A stretch of DNA of 64,000 nucleotides from Dehalococcoidia bacterium (GCA_963666115.2 CAXXET010000006.1:256001-320000); one strand, 5' to 3'; counted from the stretch's first letter, positions 9,830 to 18,867 are shown. Made by a program: numbers and translations. The notes: generated by a model not told the origin, from the sequence alone.

Positions 9830-10216
9830 TCAGTTCCTGGTGGTGGCGGAAATCAAGGGGAGGAGACGCTCCAGCAATTCGGCAACGTCGCCCAAATCGT
9901 CTGCGATCTCATCCGCATCGAGAAACCTCTTTCGCTGGTAGTAGTTGCTGTGGAGCATCTCGGCGGAATGTCCCATTTGCACCAACCGGCGTCGATTTCC
10001 CGTTTGCGCGGCAGCCAGCCTGACGATGTGTCGAAATGCCTCGTGGCGGTTGTACTGCTGGCCCATTGCAGCGGCAACAGCCTTGACCATGTGCGATGCT
10101 GCCCCCCAGCCCTTCTCGGAGGCTTGATGGAGGTCTCCATCGGCAAGATAGGCTCGCGCTCTATCCAAGAACTCGATAGCCTGCTGGTGATAGTCCGTAA
10201 CGGCATCAGTTGTCAT
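9830..10216 (-). CDS. PaREP1-like (HEPN superfamily) protein
   Basis: ARAYLADGDLHQASEKGWGAA...LHSNYY motif; ATG at 10216 follows GGAGG. Confidence 0.75.
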   Translation of the reverse strand: MTTDAVTDYHQQAIEFLDRARAYLADGDLHQASEKGWGAASHMVKAVAAAMGQQYNRHEAFRHIVRLAAAQTGNRRRLVQMGHSAEMLHSNYYQRKRFLDADEIADDLGDVAELLERLLPLISATTRN

Positions 10217-10291
10217 TCGTTCCTCCCGAGCCCAGTTTACGAAGCAGAATGAATGTTGGGCAAGTTGTGGCGCACAGAGCGGGCGGAATCC

Positions 10292-10366
10292 TGGAGCGGG
10301 CGATGGGGATCGAACCCACGACATTCTGCTTGGGAAGCAGACACTCTACCACTGAGTTACGCCCGC
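10292..10366 (-). tRNA. tRNA-Gly(CCC)
   Basis: GCGGGCGTAACTCAGTGGTAGAGTGTCTGC-TTCCCAA-GCAGAATGTCGTGGGTTCGATCCCCATCGCCCGCTCCA folds as a cloverleaf with encoded CCA. Confidence 0.96.
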
Positions 10367-10424
10367 TCGGCTAAGTGCGCCGCGCCATCCCTCATGCCAT
10401 CCCTGGGGACGCGCAGCACAGAAC

Positions 10425-10455
10425 AATCTATGCGCCGCCCCACGCCAATTGTCAA
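10425..10455 (-). promoter_or_regulatory. Sigma70-type promoter of tRNA-Gly
   Basis: TTGACA and TAGATT hexamers on the minus strand, about 60 nt upstream of the tRNA; spacing is slightly long. Confidence 0.5.
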
Positions 10456-10518
10456 GGCATCGGCAGTATCCGACTAGGCGCTGAGCCGCAGGGCGACGGT
10501 GTGGAGTAAAGTGGCGCC

Positions 10519-11238
10519 CTATTGCAGCGGAGCCTGCTCTACGAACCGCTTGGCCGATTCGACCATGTACTGTTTCTTGCACCCGGGGCAGTACAGATAC
10601 CATTCGAAGTAATAGTGCTGATTCGGCTTAAGCTTCTTGCGCTTGGGAACACGTCTTTCGACAGGTGTTCCACAGTTAGCACAAGGTTGACCGGGCTCCG
10701 TCATCTTGGTCAAGGAGCCACCTGATGCGCGGAGCATCTGTTGTGGAGACGAGCCTGCCTCCGCGGATTCGTAACCCTCGTCGATGCGTAGGTTCCGCAA
10801 CTTGCCAGCCTCTGTCGCCAGTCTATCAGCGCGTTCGTTCCCCGGGTTTCCAGCGTGCCCACGCACCCAACGGAAGTCCACGTTGTGCCGCTCGCGCGCG
10901 ACAAGGAGACGTTCCCACAAGTCAGGGTTCACCGCCGGCTCTTTCTTTGTGCGCATCCAGCCGTTTGCTCTCCACTTTTCTGCCCAGCCTTTGGAGATGC
11001 TATCGACGACGTACCTGGAGTCGCTGTAGAGCGTTACGTCGGATGGATTTTTGAGGGCTTCGAGGCCGCAGATTGCCGCCATGATCTCCATGCGGTTGTT
11101 CGTGGTCGCCCGGAATCCTCCCGAAAGCTCCTTGCGACGTTCACCGGAAAGCAGCACGACGCCATAGCCGCCGGGCCCCGGATTTGGGTCGGCGGAGCCG
11201 TCGGTATAGATAGTGACCTGCGGACGCTTGGCGACCAT
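10519..11238 (-). CDS. rnhA: Ribonuclease HI with C-terminal Cys4 zinc-ribbon extension
   Basis: IYTDGS, TTNNRME, YSDSRY and WVRGHAGNPGNERAD motifs, then CANC...CPGC. True start is ATG 11238; the longer ORF call overlaps trmI. Confidence 0.92.
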   Translation of the reverse strand: MVAKRPQVTIYTDGSADPNPGPGGYGVVLLSGERRKELSGGFRATTNNRMEIMAAICGLEALKNPSDVTLYSDSRYVVDSISKGWAEKWRANGWMRTKKEPAVNPDLWERLLVARERHNVDFRWVRGHAGNPGNERADRLATEAGKLRNLRIDEGYESAEAGSSPQQMLRASGGSLTKMTEPGQPCANCGTPVERRVPKRKKLKPNQHYYFEWYLYCPGCKKQYMVESAKRFVEQAPLQ

Positions 11239-11270
11239 GGATTCTATCCTAGGGGCTGCGCTGCCTATGC

Positions 11271-12098
11271 TCAACCCGAATTGGCCAGGCGGCGGGCTGT
11301 TGTTATGAAGCCGGTGTGGGCGACCATGCGGTGGGCGGGGCGGAGGGTCTGGGGGCCGGCGTCCCAGGGGCGGAGGGCGATTTCGAATTGTTCGATGAGG
11401 TCGAATACGGGGTCTGCGTCCAGGTCTTGCCAGAGGCGGTGCAGTTGGAGCGTGGTGGGGACGTAGGCGAGGAAGATGCCGCCGGGGCGCATGGCGTCCC
11501 GCGCGTGGGGAATGACGCGCCATGGTTCGGGCAGGTCCAGCACGACGCGGTCTACGGCCTGCTCCTCGATGCCATCCGCGTAGATGTCCGCGACGTGGAC
11601 GGTGAGGCGGTCCGACAACTCAGGCGGCAGGAACGTCGTGATGTTGCGCTGGGCGAGTGCGGCGAAATCGTCGCGGGTTTCATAGGAATGGACGCGGCCG
11701 GATTCGCCGACGGCTTGCAGCAGCGCGATTGTCAGCGCGCCTGAGCCGATGCCCGCCTCGACCACTGTCGCGCCGGGGCGGATGTCGGCATAGGTGAGGA
11801 TCGCGCCGATGTCCTTGGGGTAGATTGGCGTCGCGCCGCGCTTCATGGTCAGGATGTAGTCGGCGAGCGTGGGCCGCAGCGCGAGGTAGACGCCGCCCTT
11901 CTGCTCCGTGCGAAACTCGCTGCCCTCCGGATGGCCGATCATGTCGTCGTGCCGGATGATGCCGGCGTGGGAGTGGAACTCGCCGCCCTCCTTAAGGGTG
12001 ACAAGGTACTTGCGGCGCTTGCGGTCGGTGAGCAGGACGAGGTCGCCGGGGCGGAAGGCGCCTGGCATGGCGGCGGGGTTGTGGGGTTGGTTGGTCAT
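11271..12098 (-). CDS. trmI: tRNA (adenine-58-N1)-methyltransferase
   Basis: IYPKD, VEAGIGSGALT, LDLPEPW and LRPAHRMVAHTGF motifs. Confidence 0.92.
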   Translation of the reverse strand: MTNQPHNPAAMPGAFRPGDLVLLTDRKRRKYLVTLKEGGEFHSHAGIIRHDDMIGHPEGSEFRTEQKGGVYLALRPTLADYILTMKRGATPIYPKDIGAILTYADIRPGATVVEAGIGSGALTIALLQAVGESGRVHSYETRDDFAALAQRNITTFLPPELSDRLTVHVADIYADGIEEQAVDRVVLDLPEPWRVIPHARDAMRPGGIFLAYVPTTLQLHRLWQDLDADPVFDLIEQFEIALRPWDAGPQTLRPAHRMVAHTGFITTARRLANSG

Positions 12099-12288
12099 GG
12101 TGATATGGGCAACGAAAGTTATGTCGCAGAGATAGCACGGTAGGCGTCAAGGGCCTCCTGGCAGTTGCCGTCAAGGTTGACGTGGATGGAGAGGGTGGGG
12201 GGGGCTTCGTACTGTTGGTGGTTTGTCATGATGGGGGGCTTTCTTGATCCATCTTTCGCCCTACACGGCACTTCAATCTCTCACGTGC

Positions 12289-14598
12289 TTACGAACTGAC
12301 TCGCTGGCTGACAGTCGCCACATGAGCAGACAGTCCGCCGAGCCAATCGAGTTCCTCCGGCGTTATGTATCTCCTTCCCGTGTGGGAAAGCCGATTCCTC
12401 AATGTATTGAGGCGATCGAACCAACCCAGCTGCGCCCTTTTGGACCGGTCGGTGGGCGACATTGCCCATATGTTGTCGAAGTCTTGCCAATTGCTGTCAG
12501 CGATAGTCTTGTAGTCAACCAAGTTCAAGAACTCATGGGCCTCTCCGCCCTCGTCGCTTTCCTCCATCCGGGCGGAAGCCGAGCGTCGGATATTCTGTGG
12601 GATTGCGGGCCTCCACCAATCGTCAACGCTGCCCTCATATCTCTCGTCCAATATCCGAAACGTTACATCGCGGATCACGTTTTCGATTGTCCCCACCAAG
12701 TTCCGGGCGGTCTCTATGTTGCCCTCGTTGCTCTGCGCCAAGAATTCACTCAGGCCCTCCGGATCAAATTTCTGGAATTTTTCGTGAACGAGAGCCATTA
12801 CGCGCATGGCCGAATTCCGGTAGCCGCTGGATCCGTAATCCCTTTGCCGAAATTCCTTCATTACGGCATCGGCGTCGGCACCAGCAAAATAGTCGACGAT
12901 GGGTTCCAGGAGATATTTGATCAGGTCCAAGAGTTCGTGTGGCGAAGACTTCCACGGTTCGGATATGTTGCGCCTAGACAATTCATACGAGAGTGCCTCA
13001 CGTACGAAACGCAGGAGCGCAGTAATTCCGTTGTTGGTGCAGAGGAAACCACCAGGGCCTGCCAGCCTGCCCCAATGTTCCGGGCAGCCCCGAGATACTT
13101 CCAACAGGAATGCTTCCACGAACTGGCTACAGCGGTCGACCGAAGAGCTGTCGTCATTAGAATACAAGGAGCCCGGAGCGAACACACCGGCAGCTATGCG
13201 ACCAACGATCTGACTGTCTCTCACGGCATCTCTCAGGGACGGTCTGGTTATCGGTCTTGAAGTCGAGTCCGAACCCCATTCCCCTGCAACCAAATCGTAG
13301 AGTGGTGACGATCTCTTGGTTGCCAAGTTAGCGGCGACTCGCGAATTCAATTGGCGCAACTTGTCCTGTGGGCCAGCCGTTGGATCAAGGATTTCCGGCT
13401 CAAGCTCCACCAGAAGCCCCTTGGGCACCCGAACCTGCTTACTGTTGATGTCAACGAACATGTTGACTTCTTCTGCAGCAGTCAATCCCTCGAATGCCAA
13501 AACCGGAACTTTCCCCTTGCTGGCAAACTCAGTACGAGCAAAGCCGTAGAGGCGGTGCTGCCCATCGATCAAGTAGGCACTACGGTACGTATTCGGCAAA
13601 TACAGAGTCCCGAAGACTGTTGAATCCTCCGCGGCAGGACCGCTAGCCTCGAATCGCAGCGGTCGAGTCGGACGAAAATTGACGACGACATTTGTAGGGA
13701 AAATGCCCCCGTTGTGCTTCTCAATGTGTTCGGCTATAGCCTTAAGTCGATTGCGCCCGAGTAGCCGCTGATACGTGCCAACAGGATCCTCCTCACTGGA
13801 GCCCCTATGACTAACGTAGGCTAGTTTAAGTAGCTTCTCCGGTTCGATAGTGAACTGGTAAAACCGATTCTTCCCGAACCTGCCTCGGACTGCCGACACC
13901 GTCTCATTAAGTCCCGATATCGTGCTTCCCTGTAGAAGGTCGCCCAAGAGTTGGTATCGCGCAGCAGACTGTAGGATTCGAACCAATTTGTCGTAGTAGT
14001 CCAGCTGTCTGTCTCGCAGCACCGCGATCTGGAATTCCCTAGCTCGCGCCCTGTCGGGTTCACTCCAGTCGATGTTCCGGGTGGCATAGACAAATATGAC
14101 TCGCCGCCGGTCGCCAGGCACGTGCCTATGCACCGCTTGACGAATCGGCTCCTGGAGGGCTCTAGTTTCACCGAGGTCCTTCTGTAGTGATCGGGAACGC
14201 AGCGTTTCTGCCGCCTTGCATTCAACTACGATGGCTGTTTCGTCATCAACAGCAAACACGTCGATCTGCTTGGTCGGCGCCCCCGAGCCATTGGAGGCTA
14301 TGGGGATTCTGAAGCGATTATCCTTATTGATTTGCTTGAATCCCATTCGTGCCAGCAACATCCATATTTCATCTTCAAGTTGTTCGCCAACAGGCTTAGG
14401 TTTCCTCATCCGCACCGTCGACTTATTTGTCCGGACAAGCTCCCAGCCGTTCTCAAGCCTCATCTCTTCTTCTGCGGATGGGAAGGTGGACTCATAGAAG
14501 CGGCTTTTCCGCTGTCGCATCGCAGCCACTATCGTCTGTCCAGATATAAGTCCGGGCAGCGCATTTGCGTCAGCGGTCTCGGGATCGCGGAGAGTCAT
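12289..14598 (-). CDS. DGQHR-domain protein with N-terminal PD-(D/E)XK nuclease and C-terminal Swt1-like HEPN domain
   Basis: QIDVFAVDDETAIVVECK; YQR...FPTNVVVN...LIDGQHRLYGF...MFVDINSKQ; DWW...LNTLRNRLSH (RxxxxH). Confidence 0.8.
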   Translation of the reverse strand: MTLRDPETADANALPGLISGQTIVAAMRQRKSRFYESTFPSAEEEMRLENGWELVRTNKSTVRMRKPKPVGEQLEDEIWMLLARMGFKQINKDNRFRIPIASNGSGAPTKQIDVFAVDDETAIVVECKAAETLRSRSLQKDLGETRALQEPIRQAVHRHVPGDRRRVIFVYATRNIDWSEPDRARAREFQIAVLRDRQLDYYDKLVRILQSAARYQLLGDLLQGSTISGLNETVSAVRGRFGKNRFYQFTIEPEKLLKLAYVSHRGSSEEDPVGTYQRLLGRNRLKAIAEHIEKHNGGIFPTNVVVNFRPTRPLRFEASGPAAEDSTVFGTLYLPNTYRSAYLIDGQHRLYGFARTEFASKGKVPVLAFEGLTAAEEVNMFVDINSKQVRVPKGLLVELEPEILDPTAGPQDKLRQLNSRVAANLATKRSSPLYDLVAGEWGSDSTSRPITRPSLRDAVRDSQIVGRIAAGVFAPGSLYSNDDSSSVDRCSQFVEAFLLEVSRGCPEHWGRLAGPGGFLCTNNGITALLRFVREALSYELSRRNISEPWKSSPHELLDLIKYLLEPIVDYFAGADADAVMKEFRQRDYGSSGYRNSAMRVMALVHEKFQKFDPEGLSEFLAQSNEGNIETARNLVGTIENVIRDVTFRILDERYEGSVDDWWRPAIPQNIRRSASARMEESDEGGEAHEFLNLVDYKTIADSNWQDFDNIWAMSPTDRSKRAQLGWFDRLNTLRNRLSHTGRRYITPEELDWLGGLSAHVATVSQRVSS

Positions 14599-14610
14599 AG
14601 CAGGCCTGCC

Positions 14611-15219
14611 CTATCCACAGCCATTCAAGTTTATCTGAGCCATTTCATTTCCCCATTGTACCCATCCTTCGCGTCGATGTCGGGCAAAGAGCTCCAGATG
14701 GGGACCAGGGCTGCATTGCTCAATGATGTCGTACAGTTCATCGGGTTTTCGGGAGTGCTCCCGTCGCTGCGTTGCTAACAGATTCACTTGGCGTCTCCCA
14801 GGGGAAAACGTCCTTAGGTGACCCTTGACCCCAAATAGAATCAGCTCTGTGACGTTGCGAAAGTAGAAGCCAACACCCCGTCCGTCTGCCCCGCCGTCCT
14901 TGCGTACCTTGAACCAGACGAGATTTGTCTTGTACTCAAAGCCCCAGTGCTTCAGCACCTCTAGGCCCGTCTCAACGAGGGCGTTCGGAACCCACAAATA
15001 GAGATGGCTCTGGCTGTCCGCCAGGTCAGGAACAGGAATGTCCTTGATCTCGTCATTGCTCATAGAAGGATAGCGGTGTAGACGGTGGTACTCGGGTGCT
15101 ATCCGGCCAGTCCGATTCTTGAACCTCCAGGGGGGATCGGCCAAGATCGTCCCATAGGAATCCTCGGCAAGTTCCCCGATTTCGCCAACATGTTGGGCAA
15201 TAGTTGCTATCGTAGCCAT
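14611..15219 (-). CDS. MT-A70 family N6-adenine methyltransferase
   Basis: ILADPPW, HLYLW, WGFEYKTNLVWFK, HSRKP and LELFAR...GWVQWGNE motifs. Confidence 0.9.
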   Translation of the reverse strand: MATIATIAQHVGEIGELAEDSYGTILADPPWRFKNRTGRIAPEYHRLHRYPSMSNDEIKDIPVPDLADSQSHLYLWVPNALVETGLEVLKHWGFEYKTNLVWFKVRKDGGADGRGVGFYFRNVTELILFGVKGHLRTFSPGRRQVNLLATQRREHSRKPDELYDIIEQCSPGPHLELFARHRREGWVQWGNEMAQINLNGCG

Positions 15220-15384
15220 AGGCCCCGCTCCCCGTAAGGCATAACAGCTCACCTCCCCGCTCACTGTGTTAAAGGGTATCACCCTACGCCTACCCCCTAC
15301 CACTCACACCCCCGCAGCTCCCGCTGCTGCGCAGTCTTCGTCTTGTTGGCTGGTGGCGCCGCCTCGCCTGTGGCGATGACTTTT

Positions 15385-15498
15385 GCCCTCCTTAAAGGGT
15401 GACGAGGTACTTGCGGCGTTTGCGGTTGGTGAGCAGGGCTCGGTTGGCGGGGCGGAGGGCGCCGGGGTGGCGGTGGGGTTGTGGGGTTGGTTCGTCAT
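15385..15498 (-). pseudogene. trmI: Decayed duplicate of the trmI 5' end
   Basis: Aligns to 11985-12098; both start MTNQPHNP and share GTGAC.AGGTACTTGCGGCG.TTGCGGT.GGTGAGCAGG. The copy carries substitutions and single-base indels. Confidence 0.85.
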
Positions 15499-15532
15499 CG
15501 TGTGCATCCGCTGATTTCGGGCAAAGAAAAAG

Positions 15533-15651
15533 CCCCGGCAACGACCTATTTTCCACAGAGGGCTGCCCCTCCAGTATCGTCGGCGCTGAAACGTTTCACT
15601 TCCGTGTTCGGGATGGGAACGGGTGGGTCCGCTTCGCCAGAGTCACCGGGA
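15533..15651 (-). rRNA. rrf: 5S rRNA, stand-alone
   Basis: TCCCGGTGAC...CCCGTTCCCATCCCGAACACGGAAGTGAAAC...AATAGGTCGTTGCCGGGG has the conserved 5S motifs and paired ends, followed by a U tract. Confidence 0.93.
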
Positions 15652-15659
15652 CGGAGACC

Positions 15660-15668
15660 AGTATAGCA
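15660..15668 (-). promoter_or_regulatory. Extended -10 promoter for the 5S gene
   Basis: TGcTATACT 8 nt upstream of the predicted 5S 5' end. Confidence 0.6.
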
Positions 15669-15752
15669 TTGTGGGCGGGCGTTTGCCGCTGTTAACGCAA
15701 GCCATGTATCATTGCCGAAAGCTTAGCGACGCGGAACAGGGGACGGCTCCGG

Positions 15753-18050
15753 ATGCCGATTTTTCGATACGGCCGGTGGGATAACACGCAGGAGCCTTTC
15801 GGCGCGGCGCCGGAAGACCTGATGGAGGCCATCTCCGACGACCTCGCGGCGCACGGGGACATCCGCCGCGCCCTCCGCCGCATGATGATGCGCGGCTACG
15901 ACATGCAGGACGGCCGGAACATCGACGGCATTCGCCAGATGACCGAACGCCTCCGCCAACAGCGGCAGGACTATCTCGACCGCTATGACCTGAACTCCGT
16001 CCTGGACGGCATCCGCGAGACGCTGCAGGAGATCCGCGACCTCGAACGAGACACCCTCGAACAGCGGATGCAGGACGCGCGCAACGCCATGCGGGACGCT
16101 TCCGATACCGACCAGGACGGCGGGAACGCTCCATCCGAATCGCAGCAAGGGCAGTCTCCGCAGCAGGACCCGGGCAACGAGCAGGCAGGTTCAGGACGGC
16201 AGGCGGCCGAGGAGGAACTCCAGCGATTCCTCGAACAGCTCGAGCGGGAGCTTGGGTCTCGCCAGGACCGAGAAAACTCCGATGGGGAGTCAGACTCCGG
16301 CGAGCAGTCCGGGCAGCAGGACGGCGGCCAGCAGGGCGATCAGCAGCAGGGCGCGGGTCAGCGCTCGCAGCGTGGGCAGGGCATGGACCGGATGACGGCG
16401 CAGGCTCTGGAGAACATGGCGCAGCGCAAGATGGACTTCATGGACTCGCTGCCCAACGATCCGGGCGGGGCCATCAAGGAACTGAGCGACTACGACTTCA
16501 TGGACGAAGAGGCGCGGGAGAAATTCCAGGAGCTGCTGGATTCGCTCCGCCAGCAGGCCGCGCAGTCCTACATGCAGAACATGATGCAGCAGATGCAGGG
16601 CATGACGCCTGAGCAGATGGACGCGAACAAGCAGATGATGCGCGACCTGAACGACATGCTGCGCGACTACGCGCAGGGCAACCAGCCGAACTTCGATGAG
16701 TTCATGGAGAAGTGGGGCAGCATGTTCGGCGACAACCCGCCCCGCGACATCGAGGAACTGCTGGAGCGGCTCATGGAGCAGATGTCACAGTTCCAATCCC
16801 TGATGGACAGCCTGCCGGAGGACATGCGTCAGCAACTGCAGGAGACGATGGAGGCGGCGCTCAACGATCCCGAACTCATCCAGGAGATGGCGGAGCTTTC
16901 ATCGCTGATGGAAACGCTGATGCCGATGCAGGAGATGCGGCAGGATTACCCGTTCGCAGGTGACGAGTCGCTATCCCTGCAAGAGGCGATGCGGCTGATG
17001 GACCAGCTCCAGCAAATCGACGACCTGGAGGCGCAGCTTCGTGCCGCCGAACGGCGCGGCGAACTTGACGACATCGACCGCGAGCAGGTGGAGAATCTCA
17101 TCGGCGAGGATGCCGCCCGCGATCTCGATTGGCTGCGCGAACTACAGGAGCAGCTCGAAAGGGCGGGCTATATCCGCAAGAACGGCGACAAGCTGGAACT
17201 GACGCCGCGCGGCATTCGCAAGATCGGCGAAAAGGCGCTCAAGGACATCTTCAACCGGCTCCGCAGCGCCGGCCTCGGCGCGCATGAGATGCAGAAGAAC
17301 GGCCTCTTTGGCGAGAAGGACGAGGAGTCCACGAAGATCTACGAATTCGGGGATCACTTTGACGTCCACATGACGCGGACGGTCAAGAACGCCGTCATGC
17401 GGGGCGGGCCTGGCACGCCGCTCAGGATCGCGCCGGACGACTTCGAGGTCTACCGCGACGAGACGTTGACGCAGGCGAGCACCGTCATCCTGCTCGACCA
17501 GAGCCGCTCCATGGCCATCAGCGGGAGCTTCGACGCCGCCAAGCGCATGGCGCTCGCCCTCCACACGCTGATCAAGATGCAGTTCCCGCGCGACAACCTG
17601 TACGTGGTCGGATTCGCTGACTACGCGTGGGAACTCAAGGGCGATGAACTGGTCAAGGCGACGTGGGGCGGGTATTCGCCCGGCACGAACATGCAGCACG
17701 CGCTGATGATCTCCCGCAACCTGCTGGCCAAGCACCGCTCCAGCACGCGGCAGGTGATCATGGTGACGGACGGCGAGCCGACGGCGCACCTGGAGGGCGG
17801 CGCGCCGTACTTCACGTATCCGCCCAGCCAGCGCACCATCGACATGACGCTGCGCGAGGTCAAGCGCTGCACGCAGGAGGGCATCACCATCAACGTGTTC
17901 ATGCTGGAGATGGCGTATTACCTGGTCAACTTCGTGCGGCAGATGACGCGCCTGAACCGCGGGCGGGCGTTCTTCACGCAGCCGGACAAGCTCGGCCAGT
18001 ACGTGCTCGTCGATTACCTCAACAACAAGCGCAGCGCGCTCGCGTCCTGA
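15753..18050 (+). CDS. von Willebrand factor A domain protein with long helical, Gln/Met-rich N-terminus
   Basis: MIDAS LLDQSRSM, GTNMQHAL and VTDGEPTAH motifs. Confidence 0.88.
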   Translation: MPIFRYGRWDNTQEPFGAAPEDLMEAISDDLAAHGDIRRALRRMMMRGYDMQDGRNIDGIRQMTERLRQQRQDYLDRYDLNSVLDGIRETLQEIRDLERDTLEQRMQDARNAMRDASDTDQDGGNAPSESQQGQSPQQDPGNEQAGSGRQAAEEELQRFLEQLERELGSRQDRENSDGESDSGEQSGQQDGGQQGDQQQGAGQRSQRGQGMDRMTAQALENMAQRKMDFMDSLPNDPGGAIKELSDYDFMDEEAREKFQELLDSLRQQAAQSYMQNMMQQMQGMTPEQMDANKQMMRDLNDMLRDYAQGNQPNFDEFMEKWGSMFGDNPPRDIEELLERLMEQMSQFQSLMDSLPEDMRQQLQETMEAALNDPELIQEMAELSSLMETLMPMQEMRQDYPFAGDESLSLQEAMRLMDQLQQIDDLEAQLRAAERRGELDDIDREQVENLIGEDAARDLDWLRELQEQLERAGYIRKNGDKLELTPRGIRKIGEKALKDIFNRLRSAGLGAHEMQKNGLFGEKDEESTKIYEFGDHFDVHMTRTVKNAVMRGGPGTPLRIAPDDFEVYRDETLTQASTVILLDQSRSMAISGSFDAAKRMALALHTLIKMQFPRDNLYVVGFADYAWELKGDELVKATWGGYSPGTNMQHALMISRNLLAKHRSSTRQVIMVTDGEPTAHLEGGAPYFTYPPSQRTIDMTLREVKRCTQEGITINVFMLEMAYYLVNFVRQMTRLNRGRAFFTQPDKLGQYVLVDYLNNKRSALAS

Positions 18051-18061
18051 CCGCCACGCGA

Positions 18062-18856
18062 ATGGGCAGCGACCTCACCCGCATCTCCGCCGCGCTGGAC
18101 GAGTCCGCCGAACTGGCGGGCACGTTCTCGCCGTCGTCCGTCTACGTCCAGCACAAGGGCTGGGACGGCCCGGTGACGGAGGCGGACCACGCGCTCGATG
18201 AGCTGCTGCACGGGGCGCTCGTGCGCCCGGGCGAGGGGTGGCTGTCCGAGGAGACGCATGACGACGGCCACCGCATCGGCATGGAGCGCGTGTGGGTGGT
18301 CGATCCGATAGACGGCACGCGCGGCTTCCTGGCCGGGCTGCCCGAATGGTGCGTGTCTGTCGCGATGTCCGTGAACGGGGAGATTGCCGCTGCGGGGATA
18401 CTCAATCCGTGGGCGAACGAGACGTACCTGGCCGAGCGCGGCGGCGGCATGATGCTGAACGGCGAAACGGCGCGGGTGAACGACCATGACGCGCTGTCGT
18501 CCGACGTGACGGTTCTCGGCTCCCGCAGCGAGATACGGTGGGGTTCGTGGAATCGCTTCCGGGGCGCGCCGTTCAAGGTCCAGGCGATCGGTTCCATCGC
18601 GTACAAGATGGCGCTGGTGGCGGCGGGCAAGGCGGACGCGGTGATCAGCCTCGACCCCAAGAATGAGTGGGATGTCGCGGCGGGCGCGCTCCTGGTTGAG
18701 GCGGCTGGCGGCGTGGTGACGGACTTGCGCGGACGTCCCATGCGGTTCAACCAGCGCGATACGCTGATTGGCGGTGTGATTGCGGCGGGGCCGGGCACCT
18801 ATGCCGCTATTTGGGACTTGATGACGCGACGCCCGCACGGGGCATCAGACGGTTAG
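18062..18856 (+). CDS. Inositol monophosphatase/CysQ family phosphatase
   Basis: PVTEAD, WLSEE, WVVDPIDGT and EWDVAAG motifs; ATG at 18062. Confidence 0.88.
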   Translation: MGSDLTRISAALDESAELAGTFSPSSVYVQHKGWDGPVTEADHALDELLHGALVRPGEGWLSEETHDDGHRIGMERVWVVDPIDGTRGFLAGLPEWCVSVAMSVNGEIAAAGILNPWANETYLAERGGGMMLNGETARVNDHDALSSDVTVLGSRSEIRWGSWNRFRGAPFKVQAIGSIAYKMALVAAGKADAVISLDPKNEWDVAAGALLVEAAGGVVTDLRGRPMRFNQRDTLIGGVIAAGPGTYAAIWDLMTRRPHGASDG

Positions 18857-18867
18857 TGTCAGGTGTT

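Noticed and set aside
12244-13260. 338-aa ORF antisense to the DGQHR gene
   Set aside because: Lies opposite a motif-bearing gene, has no recognisable features and no RBS.
10292-15500. tRNA-Gly as the integration site of the methylase island
   Set aside because: The island lies upstream of the tRNA, separated by rnhA and trmI, and no duplicated tRNA 3' end was found. The trmI duplication explains the boundaries better.
15304-15507. 67-aa ORF starting MHTMTNQPHNP
   Set aside because: It is the frameshifted trmI stub read into unrelated sequence, not an independent gene.
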